A stretch of DNA of 64,000 bases from assembly GCA_951804945.1 (NCBI GenBank), contig OX638157.1, positions 34,472,001 to 34,536,000 of the forward strand, in the 5' to 3' direction. Every line of letters starts with the position of its first letter. The first letter of the stretch is position 1. The position numbers and the translations under genes are program-made. This document shows, in pieces, positions 41,017 through 51,370 of this stretch. The notes beneath the pieces were generated by a model, which worked only from the letters and a program-made list of their open reading frames with translations, did not search any database and was not told the DNA's origin. This stretch comes from Podarcis cretensis. Lineage: Eukaryota.

Positions 41017-41087
41017 CATGCTTGGCAGGGGGTTGGACTCGATGGCCCTTGTGGTCTCTTCCAACTCTATGATTCTATGATTCTATG
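41017..41087 (+). mobile_element. Young CR1 3'-terminal fragment
   Basis: ggggttggactcgatggcccttgtggtctcttccaactctatgattctatgattctatg; near-consensus (ATTCTATG)n tail, flanked by gccat on both sides. Confidence 0.85.
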
Positions 41088-41286
41088 CCATTGATGGATC
41101 CCAGTTCTGGTTCTACGTCATACTAGCTGCTGCTCAATATGCAGTTTCCACTCCTTGTTAATGCTATGTGTTTGTTAGCAAATGCACAAGTGTCTCCTCT
41201 CTCTCAACAATAGCATTGTCACTAAACAAACTTGTAATTTGCTTCCATGGAAAGCACAGTTTGTGAGTTGAGCCCCCTCCCCCCTT

Positions 41287-41850
41287 TGTAATGAAATAAG
41301 ACACATGGACACAAGTATTTTATGTTAATGGGCTAAAAAAGGCCACAACTTTATTGGTTACAGAATGTGAGTGATATTGGCTTAGGCATTGGGCCCAAAC
41401 AGACTATACTTGACTCCTGCCTGCTCTGCAGGGAGTCACACAAGGGTTAACAACCTGTAGGGGGAGCTTGTTGATGCGAATCAACTGGAAGCTTTCCCTA
41501 GAGTCACCGGAGGGTTGTGTCATGGCCCTAGCTACCACCTGGGCATTGGACAGGAACCACAACCTCCTGATTCCTTTAATTGAACACCCTTCAAGGGAAG
41601 GGGTAGGTGATGGCCACAACCTCCCGTCCAACACACAACGTCATTTCCAATGCCTAACTGCCACCTGAGCTGAAGCCAGGAACAAGAAGGAGGAGCTTGT
41701 GTGCCCACAGCTGTTTTAAATGGCTAAAACCACACCTACCAGCCAGCTGGATTGGCTGGCTGGAGTGCATGACGCGGGCACAGGATTCCAGTGACACAGG
41801 GGGCCCAGCCACACCTCCCCTGTGCACACGGGAAGCAATTTCCGCTCACA
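41287..41850 (-). mobile_element. LTR-like/DIRS-like promoter-polyA cassette
   Basis: TGTAA...TCACA ends; minus strand has CCAAT, ATTTAAAA and AATAAAGTTGTGGCC in promoter-to-polyA order; flanked by cccctcccc on both sides. Confidence 0.55.
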
Positions 41851-42231
41851 ACCCCTCCCCTCCAGGAAGAGGAGAGTCTTTGTTGAAACTGCTTCACCTA
41901 ATTTTATTATTTTTTAATACAGAAATTCATCTTGTGTCATTTGCTCTTAATGAGAACTACTGGGAATTGTTTTCAAGATACTTCCATTGGCATATAATAT
42001 CTATGAATCTTCAGGATAAGGGGTATGGCAAATAAATACGCACAATTAATTAAAATGTTAAAGCAATACTTTTTGACACATAATTTGTTAGGCGTTCACA
42101 TACCTTCCAACAAAGATGTTATCCAAGGTATATTAACCTACATGCTTAACCTCTTGCTGAGAGTACGGTACTGGGAACATTTCATGGGGTCTTGTTTCAC
42201 AAAGTGAATGAAGCAATGCTTTAGAGTTTAA

Positions 42232-42445
42232 GGGCTGTATCCAGTGCTGCAGGACCACTGGTACATAGGACTTAAGTATGTGCAATGGTTCTTCCTCTCC
42301 CCCTCCTTGTCATCTCTACCCTCAAAATCAGTTTTGGGAGAAAAGATAATCTAGAGCAGATTTGGGGGGCATGTGAGTGGATGAGAGAACACAGAAGTTC
42401 CATTGCACAAGTGGAACTATGCATATGGAGCACTGGATACAACCC
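42232..42445. mobile_element. PIF/Harbinger-type MITE
   Basis: TIR GGGCTGTATCCAGTGCT / AGCACTGGATACAACCC, preceded by TAA. Confidence 0.7.
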
Positions 42446-43097
42446 TGGGCTTATGAATATTGCAGTCAGCCTTCTGCAAGAGTGTATGATGTGTTGTTGC
42501 TAATTATTGTAATTTCTTATATAATATTTTATTATGTATTTATGTATCTATTTATTTATTTGTATATTATTCACTTAAAAATATGACCACTGGCAGGTGC
42601 TTGTCCAACATGGCTTATAAACTCATAGGTTTTCAATCGATGCAGGTTTACACAAGTTGTACTGAAACAAAATCCAAATTCAGAGTTCTACCAATTCAGA
42701 AGAACCATTTGCAACTATTTCTCAGGATTTTCTATCCAGGTGTTTTAGGAAAGCTAAGAATTGTAGTTTGTAGCTTACAAGCATGTCATCAGTAAGAAAT
42801 GAATGGCTTAGAGGGTGCCTTTCTATTAAAATGAATAACCACAACCAGGGCTTTTTTCCCCAGCCAGATCTTGCCGGAACTCAGTTCTGGCACATCTCAG
42901 GTGGGTGTCATTGACATTCTAAGAGAACAAGGGAGGTGTGATCCAGAACTGTTGAAATGTGCAAAGCAAAACACCCACATTATTCCAGGTTTCCAGAGTT
43001 GCAAACAGATCCCCCCCCCCCCCGGAAGTATTAATATAGAAATGAGCACTAAACTTTCACAAGATTTCCAGAAGCAATTTTTATACTGTGTGAAAGA

Positions 43098-43137
<40 letters not shown>

Positions 43138-44366
43138 ACTGAAACATCATGAAGATGGAACAAAGTGCTGTCTGAATGCAGCCAAATATATTTAATCAAG
43201 TTTTGATATAATTGTTTTAAAGCACAGATAAAAATAGAATTGGAATGAAATTATGGATAAAAACATGGGGAAGTGTGATGAAGTAGAATTTATAAATGTT
43301 TTTATTTGTATTTGAGAAAGGTGAGAGTCATTCTTCCCCCTCTCCAATAACCCCTTTCAATCTACTTCAGAAGTCCTCCAACTTTCTGGAACAAAAAGTT
43401 GAGTCTGTTTTGGGATCTGTTGATGGGGTTGGAGGGAAAAGAAGAAAACAAGAAGTCCCATTGTATCAGCTAATTTCCATGGTTCAAGTGCATAGGCATA
43501 AATGGATTTTGTCCATTGTTTTCTGACATTTAAAGCCTGCTTCCAATTGTTTCAATTTTTATATTATATAAGAATATTGACCTTTTTTATTCTATTAAAA
43601 AGTTTATGGAAGATAACACATGGAATAGTGGAGATTCAAAGCATTTCAGATGCAAAAGAAGTTGTTTTCAAGAACATGTGCAATATTAGACATTATTTTC
43701 TATACCAGGCCATGGGAGAAAAACAGACATTTCAAAGCATTTCTCTGAACTGGCACTGAATGAGTTCCATTGATTTAGAAGAGCTTCAGAAATTGTTTGT
43801 TCTCATCTCTTTCTCTGAATTCAGGCAGGCAGAGATGCTTACCTGTCAACGATGGGAAAGATGTCAACAATATCTACTTACAAAAGAACAAAAATAACCC
43901 CAAGATTCAACTCAAAAATATTTTAAATACATTATTAAAGGACAGTTGTTATTGAAGTGCCATGAAAAAGGACCAAAAATAATTTCTTTGAATTTGATGT
44001 TGATTTTGCTGCTGCTGCTGTTGACTAACTTCTCATCTTGAAGGATATATCTACCTGTCACTGTCGGATCTCATGTTTCCCACAGCACAGCATCTGACAT
44101 AGCACACAGATGAGTCCAAAACCAGTCTGTATAATATTTGTTTCTGCACCTATCATATAAAATTCTTCAAAGAAGTGGCTGTTCCCTTTATGAACCAAAG
44201 TGCTGCCCTCCAGCTAAGAATGTGTGTCCTCATGTTACCTTATCTTAACCCTGTAGAATCACTGCTAAGGCAAAAAAGTGCTTTTAGTCTTTATAGCATT
44301 TCATCTGGTTAGCATTTCATCTGAGACAGAGTCCTAACAAGACGATTACTGGCCAGTCAAAGATAA

Positions 44367-45906
44367 CACTGGTCAACAACAAATTTGTTGTCTGCGTTTT
44401 TTCAGTTGATTTAGGATGAATCTGATGCACTGAATCCAAAAATCACATTGGTTTTGCTCAATCAGGTCAAGTTTTTGAGTTATGGCCACATGTCATTTTT
44501 TTACATTTTTGTTCACATGTACGCTTGTGTGGAGCATTTTAGAAGAAGTTGGTGGGGGTAAAATCCCATGTCGAATAATTGTTTTGATTGGAAATGATTA
44601 TTTTAATGACAAGAAGTATTCAGGTCCGATAGTTCTGGGTGATTATGTTGAAAAGGGATCAGTTTGAAGTCATAAAACCTCGAAATCTACCATAAATTGG
44701 TGCTGCAAAGCATAAAGTTGGGGGGATCAAAACTACGTTAATGGGGCAGCCGCCCCACGAAGTGTATAGGAAACTCCACCCACGCATGCCACAGTACGAA
44801 CCCAAAGATTGGAGACTGTTCATTGACAGCAGCAAGTGATCACTGAAATGTGTTCTGCTGCACAACGGCAACCAGTTTGCCTCTATACCCCTGGCTCACT
44901 CGAGTACACTGAAGGAGAACTATGAAGCGGTGAAGTATGTGCTGGAGAAAATTGGTTATGATCAGCATAAGTGGTTTATTTGTGTTGACCTGAAGATGGT
45001 GAACTTTTTGTTGGGACAACAGTCTGGCTTCACCAAGTACCCATGTTTTCTGTGCATGTGGGATAGTAGGGACCGTGCTCAGCATTACACAAAGAAGGAC
45101 TGGCCTGTGCGGGAGGAATTGGTGCCTTGCAAAAAAAGGAACGTCATCAACAACCCTCTGGTGGACAGAGACAGAATACTCTTCCCACCGCTGCACATCA
45201 AGCTCGGCTTAATCAAGCAGTTCACCAAGGCTCTGGACAAGGATGGTGACTGCTTCACTTACTTGTGCCAGGCTTTTCCAGGATTGACCATGGAGAAGTT
45301 GAAAGCTGGCATCTTTGACGGTCCTCAGGTCCATCAGCTCATCAGAGATCCAGAGTTTGGAAACTCAATGAACTGGAAGAGCGGAAGGCATTTGTTCTGG
45401 TAGTGAAGAACTTTCTTGGCAACAATAAGGCCAGAAACTACGCAGAACTTGTCAACAACATGCTGACCTGGGCTGCAACATAAGCGTCAAGATGCACTAC
45501 CTATTTTAACATATGGACTGGTTTCCTGAGAACCTGGGTTCAATGAGTGACGAGCAGGGGGAGAGATTCCATCAGGACATGAAAGAGATGGAGACCAGGT
45601 ATCAGGGTCGCTGGGACGCAGTCATGATGGCTGACTACTGTTGGACTCTGAAGAGAGACCTCCCTGCTGCTGAGCATTCCAGGAGTTCCAGGAAATGGAA
45701 GTTCAAGCCCTGAAGTTTAAAAAATGGTGAAGCAACATGCAATTTACGTGTACTTACCTTTATCAATGCCCACCATTCAGTTTACAGTAAACCAGACCTG
45801 ATGGAGAGAAACGGATGCCATTTCCTGATTCAGCAGTGCAAAAATACCCTAAATCAGTTGTAGAAATCTAGACAACATTCAAAAAGTAAAAAATTGTTGC
45901 CCAGTG
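44367..45906 (+). mobile_element. Chapaev3-type (CMC/Transib-related) DNA transposon, internally deleted, 1,540 bp
   Basis: TIRs CACTGGTCAACAA / TTGTTGCCCAGTG, 3-bp TSD TAA (44364-44366, 45907-45909), imperfect subterminal inverted repeats, internal DDE transposase relic. Confidence 0.85.
44786..45713 (+). pseudogene. Disrupted Chapaev3-type transposase catalytic core
   Basis: Reconstructed motifs WRLFIDSS, ICVDLKM, KYPCFLC, LFPPLHIKLG, FDGP, KNFLGN, KMHYLF*H, SDEQGERFHQD, RYQGRW. In-frame stops at 44837-44839 (TGA) and 45507-45509 (TAA); frameshifting deletions near 45370 and 45467; N-terminal part missing. Confidence 0.88.
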
Positions 45907-45907
45907 T

Positions 45908-45943
45908 AATGAATGAATGAATGAATGAATGAATGAATGAATG
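45908..45943. repeat. (TGAA)n microsatellite abutting the transposon's right TSD
   Basis: Directly visible. Confidence 0.9.
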
Positions 45944-46261
45944 ACAGGGCCCATCCACCCCTCATCAGAAGGGGCTAGTAAAGATCTATATCAGAAACAA
46001 GGGAGAATAATGAAGATCTACATGAAGACCTTCTGCCTCTGTGGATCTGGCAACCTGAGGTGGTCACTTCACCTTACTTCATGGGTGGGATAGACTATCA
46101 GCATGTGAGGGAGAGGGATAGATTTTTAAGAATGGGATTTATAGTACAGATAAACTCATTTCACATGAATGAGATTGGCAACTTTGGAGACAACAGAACT
46201 GGATAGTGAGCCAATTCACATGGAAGCTGTCTGGCCATGAGATGACCTCATGATTAAAATC

Positions 46262-46312
46262 TTCCTTCCTCCCTCCCTCCCTCCCTCCCTCCCTCCCTCC
46301 CTCCCTCCTTCC
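46262..46312. repeat. (CCCT)n/(CCTT)n microsatellite
   Basis: Directly visible. Confidence 0.9.
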
Positions 46313-48292
46313 TTTTTTCTTTTGAAAACAGCACAATGGAATGCTTCTTTGGCAGCCAACTTCTTGAGGATAGCACTGAGCAAGCCCTATTTCTGATTAT
46401 GCAGTAGTGGGGAATCTACATGGAAATTATGGTCTGGAAAGGACAAATCCCTTGTTAGGAGGAAGTGACCTGCCTATTTTGTGAAGAAACCCACCTGCTT
46501 CTGGTTACCTCTCCCATTTTGCAGATGCAACCAGATTTCTTCTTTCAAAAAGGACAAACCAGAAGTGGAAGGGAGAAGCAGAAAACAAGTGATGCTTTGA
46601 CCACAATCCAGATGTACATGGCCCTAACTAAGAACAAGGCACCCTCTTTTTTGGAGTTGGGGAGGTTTGCTTTTCGAAACCACCTTTTGAATATTAGCTA
46701 TTGTAAAGCAGGGGGCAGTAAAGCAGTATGGTCCTCCACATACAGTTGGGCTCCAGCTGCTGGTTAATGGTCAGGGATGAGGGGAGCTGTAGTGCAACAA
46801 TATCTTGAGAGCCACGGGTTGGACACGCTCATTCTAAAAGATAAACCTGCTGAAGTTTGTGATCTAGCTTTCTTGGTAATCAAATCAATGCTGACCCAAA
46901 TGAAGTAAAACAACACAATAAAAGTGAATTAATCTGCAGGTTATTTAGTTTAGTAATAACCTTTACCTTCAGGGGTTTTTTTTATGTAAAGCTTGGGATT
47001 TTGGTTCTGAACATTTCTACTAGCATTGCTTTCTAAAGTCTGAGGAACTGATTTCTGAAATGACAGAGTAATGTCAACTTTTATAATGCTTCACCTAAGC
47101 ACTTTTTTTTGGTGATGCAGCAAATGTTGGCATTGGGCTGCTTTGCCATCTTAGCTAATTGGGACAAACTGGCCCCAGTGTTCAATATGTGATACCTTTT
47201 AAATTTTATCTTGTATTATAAATTTTTAGTGTTTCTTTGCATTTTCATATTAAAGGGATTCATATTACAACGGTTATCTGTCCAAGACTCTTTGTATTTT
47301 CTAATTGGGCTGTACAGTGTCTTTTATGAGCCTCAAGATAAATAATCAAAGAACCACAGGCTTGATGCTGCTTTTTGTTACTCATATAAAACACACAGAG
47401 AACACACACAGCCATTGTTACATATAAATACTTAAATTTCTACCAACATATCTATATCATTTTAATTGATTATTGTGTTATTCAAACAAAAGCATATCCT
47501 ATAAGTGAAAGCCCACCTGGGCCTTAATAATCTTGATAACATTTGGAGACAACAGAGGCTGCATTCAGACATCACTTCATCCCATTTTCCTGACATACCC
47601 TTATGTCATAATTTATGCATTTTAAGTGACCTTTGACATGATGGAAAATCCACTTCTTGAAATCTGGTAGAAGGTTAACATTCATTTTCATGTTAATTGC
47701 TTACAGGAATAAACAAACAAACCTGTTTTCATGCCTTTTAACCCAGAAAATAATTGGAGGAGGCGGGTTCTGCTGTAATCTTCCAGCTGTTTTCATAGAT
47801 TGCGCCATGTGATAAAATCTGGAGCAGGACTTCAGCATACGGTTCTTTCTGGCTGTTTTCATGGGTGAATCATGGGGAACAGAAACACATATGAACAGAA
47901 AGGGTCATAACACGGCCAATCACATCCACTGCTTTGTTATACCATGCCCACTGGTATGAAAGAATTTTACTGTGACATGGTGGTATATTGATCAAAAAGG
48001 CCCAGTTCCAAAGTGTTTATCCACAGTTTCTTTTGTGCTGTGTTTCTAGGCACAGGCCTGAGCTTTCAAGGTCTGTGTCCGATCAGGGATTTTGTGTTTG
48101 TATGTCCTGCCATTTTCCCTGGGAAAACCCATCACTGAATTGGAGTAAACAGCAATCTGTAGATAACAATTTTATTATTTATACCCCACCCATCTGGTTG
48201 TGTTTTCCCAGCCACTGTGTGGTTTCCAGCACATATAAAAACATTTAAAAAATGTCCAGTAGCACCTTAGAGACCAAGTGAGTTTGTTCTTG

Positions 48293-48330
48293 ATATAAGC
48301 TTTCATGTGTATGCACACTTCTTCAGATAC
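48293..48330 (-). ncRNA. Minimal type-I hammerhead ribozyme (core intact)
   Basis: Minus strand: GUAU-CUGAAGA-A-GUGUG CAUA CACAU-GAAA-GC-UU-AUAU, i.e. stem I, CUGANGA, stem II, GAAA, palindromic AGCU stem III, and NUH site CUU. Confidence 0.7.
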
Positions 48331-48344
48331 ACTGAAACAGAAGT

Positions 48345-48382
48345 GTATCTGAAGAAGTGTGCATGCACACAAAAGCTTATAC
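48345..48382 (+). ncRNA. Minimal type-I hammerhead ribozyme (G12>A, likely inactive)
   Basis: GUAU-CUGAAGA-A-GUGUG CAUG CACAC-AAAA-GC-UU-AUAC; GAAA has become AAAA, consistent with CpG decay. Confidence 0.6.
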
Positions 48383-49380
48383 CAAGAACAAACTTAGTTG
48401 GTCTCTAAGGTGCCACTGGACATTTTTTTAATTATTTTTTAATATATTTTGACTGCGTCAGACCAACACGGCTACCTACCTAAATATAAAAACATAATAA
48501 AATGTCAAACATTAAAACTTTCTGATACAGGGCTTGTTCTACTTCAGTGGTAAAACAGGGGTTTTCCCGGGAAAAGCGCCAGGACAAAAGCCCATTCAGA
48601 CATGGACCTGGAATGTCTGGAACTGGACCTAGAAAAATGGCACAAATGGAACTGTGAATGAGTCCTTAGTCTCCATGTACCCATACTTTCCCTTGGCCTT
48701 CTAGGTCTAAATCCAGATGGGGAGGTCAAAATGCTTGAGATTAGCAAATCTGTCCAGGAAAACTAACCTGATAATCCGAATGCACCCAGAGTTGCTTAAG
48801 CAACTTGGATACTGAAGAACTGGGGCAGGTCCACACATTGATTCTTGCTCTACTGAAATAAAGACAGAACTTTGAAGAGGAAGGCTTGGAGGGATCACAA
48901 CGGAGTCTGCTCTTTCCTTAGCAACGGCACACACCTCAGAGACACTTGAAATATAGGAAATCAAAGTAACACAGATTCATACCATATGAAAATTAGGCGT
49001 ACCTTGTAGCCAGAAAATAATATTGGATGCTTTCATTTCTTTGCTGCATTTGCTTGTTCGAAGTGACCTCTGAAGTACTGAACAGCACTCCTCTGAATAC
49101 CACTTGCTCTCCTGCCATGCTTTTGGGCTTATCAGAGACATCTGGTGGGCCATTGTGAGAACTGAATGGTGGACGACATAGACCTTTGTTCTGATCCAGC
49201 AGGACTATTTTTATGTTGGAAATGTTAGGAAATCAACAAGATTCCTGGGAACTTGTGAAAAAAAATTAACAATCCCCATCTCCCAGCAACATACTTGCTC
49301 ACATTTACATGAACTCACATAGGATCTAAGTAGATGTTATATGGAAGTCTCATGAGTGTATCTCTTGACATAATTTTCCT

Positions 49381-49520
49381 GCTCTTACAGCTCCGTCAGT
49401 AGAGCCTGGGACTCTTAATGTCAGGGTAACAGGTTCCAGCCTCACAAAAAGATTTCTGCATTCAGGGGACTGGGCTAGATGATTTTGGGGAGTCCCTTCC
49501 ATCTCTACAATTCTGAGTCT
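49381..49520 (+). mobile_element. SINE: tRNA-Lys(CTT)-like head plus CR1 3' tail
   Basis: agctccgtcagtagagcctgggactcttaatgtcagggtaacaggttccagcc resembles tRNA-Lys; followed by gactgggctagatgat...cccttccatctctacaattct. Confidence 0.65.
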
Positions 49521-50915
49521 ATGGGTATTTGGAAGAAAAACAACAGTTGTGGCAACTCTCTTTTCATGCAATGCTGTGGCCCATCCTAGTGATCTACTGC
49601 TCAAGAGGGCAACTTTGGGGTGTGAGGGGGGAACATAAGCAAAATATGAGTGCCTGAAAGTTTTCCAAGTTGTAACTAATGGAAACTAGGGAGGGAGGAG
49701 ATTTGTATCAGATAATCAGTGTGAGGGGGAAAGAGTTAAACCTTCTTTCCACTTGCATGCAAGCCCTTATTTAAACCATTCCCCTCACACAGATGCTTTT
49801 AGGAGAAAGAAAATACATTGGGAGAGTCAAGAATGCAGCATCTAGTTATACCCTCAGTTGACCACCATTGAGGGGTGCCAACGTAAATAAAATATTGCGA
49901 GGGCCCAGGTAAGCCCAGCCCCACATAAGCAATCACATGACACAGTGCACACACCCCATTTGAATGGCAATGTCCATCAACTTTCTGTGGGCCCAGCCCC
50001 TTCAAATAATTTATTGTGGGGGCCCAAGCCCCCATGACCCCTCGGAATTGGCTCTTGTGCCACCATCTGTCTCTATCACTTCATCTGTGACACCCTATTG
50101 TACTGGAAAGTGTTTGGAAAAAGCACTGGGGGAAATGTGCAAAATGCTTTAAGCACATTAAATTATACTATATGTTTATGATTAAGAATACACTTGTGGA
50201 TGGGAAAGAGGGGGGAAAGAACAAGCATCCATTTTTTAAAGCCAACTTGTGTTTCAGAACAACACATCCTGAATTGTGTTCAGTTTTGTCTGGAAATTGT
50301 GTTTCCCACTAAATAGGGACATTATTTAGGCTTCCGCTGATTATCAGTTTTTTCTTAAGAAAGCAAAGCATTAATTGCTTGTGTTTTATAGTCTTACATA
50401 ATTCGTTCATGAAAACAATATAGACTCAGGAGAGTTATTAGTCAGCGTCTAAGTGCATAAGAAATTACTTTAATGGTTTGCTTTGTCAGGGCCACGAGGA
50501 TGTATGGGGAAAGAAATGTGTGGGGTGCCATTTGGTGTTCCACGTCAGGCAGCAAAGTATCTTGGGCTGGCCCTGTTGAGAGCAATGTGATATATAAAGC
50601 AGTTAGTCACGGTGGATTACATAAAATCTCTATGCAGAAAACTACCAGCATAACAGATATTCTAGCTAAAGGCAAGAGAGACAGAGCTATTTCCCTTGCT
50701 ATGACTCTTGCTTACAGGAGTGCACATACTTAGACTTACTTTCAAGGTGGAAATGAGGTTGTCCTACCCATATCAATTATTGAATATACCTGTGTCTGAC
50801 TCATTCTTACCTTATTATTTTTATATATGCTTACAGGCAGATTTCTGCGACTGATAATGTGAGAATTTTAGAACATTCAAAGCTCTCATGGATACCTTCA
50901 AGTGTTGGCTAACAG

Positions 50916-51097
50916 NNNNNNNNNNNNNNNNNNNNNNNNNNNNNNNNNNNNNNNNNNNNNNNNNNNNNNNNNNNNNNNNNNNNNNNNNNNNNNNNNNNNN
51001 NNNNNNNNNNNNNNNNNNNNNNNNNNNNNNNNNNNNNNNNNNNNNNNNNNNNNNNNNNNNNNNNNNNNNNNNNNNNNNNNNNNNNNNNNNNNNNNNN
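50916..51097. other. Assembly gap (182 N)
   Basis: Run of N. Confidence 1.
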
Positions 51098-51254
51098 ATT
51101 TGGTCATCCTACTTTTCAGTGGTTTCAGTCAAGCTGTCAAAGTTGAGGCTTCATAGCAGGATTGTTATTGAGCAGAACCAAGTATGGGTGGGCCAAGAAG
51201 CCAAGGGTATGTTCTGATGGCACATGATGCCATCACATTGCTGAAGCTCTGTAG

Positions 51255-51370
51255 GTCAGTGGGTTTCAATCAGGGATCTCTCCCAGCTCTACCCAGAGAT
51301 GCTAGGGATTGAACCTGGGACATTCTACATGCAAAGCAGATGTTCTACCACAGAGATATAGCCCTTCCCC
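51255..51370 (-). mobile_element. tRNA-Ala-derived squamate SINE (Squam2-like), 5' part
   Basis: Reverse complement ggtagaacatctgctttgcatgtagaatgtcccaggttcaatccctagcatctc is tRNA-Ala(TGC)-like. Confidence 0.7.

Larger units (their letters stand above)
48245..48483. mobile_element. Penelope-like element derivative (inverted pseudo-LTR pair)
   Basis: 87-bp inverted arms 48247-48333 / 48342-48428 (7 mismatches), Penelope-type tail gaccaacacggctacc, 12-bp TSD ATATAAAAACAT (48233-48244, 48484-48495). Confidence 0.8.
48172..48534 (-). mobile_element. L2 3' end fragment split by a Penelope-derived insertion
   Basis: 48172-48244 plus 48496-48534 reconstitute the uninterrupted L2 fragment seen at 3545-3655. 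Confidence 0.75.

Noticed and set aside
44840-45196. 118 aa minus-strand ORF
   Set aside because: Antisense shadow of the transposase frame.
44930-45713. Domesticated or intact transposase gene
   Set aside because: Two in-frame stops, two frameshifts, a missing N-terminus and retained TIR/TSD indicate a decaying TE copy.
49381-49450. tRNA genes (also 55015-55080 and 51300-51370)
   Set aside because: Stems are degenerate and each is fused to a SINE body or CR1 tail; these are SINE heads.
50888-51217. ORFs spanning X runs
   Set aside because: Artefacts of the N gap.
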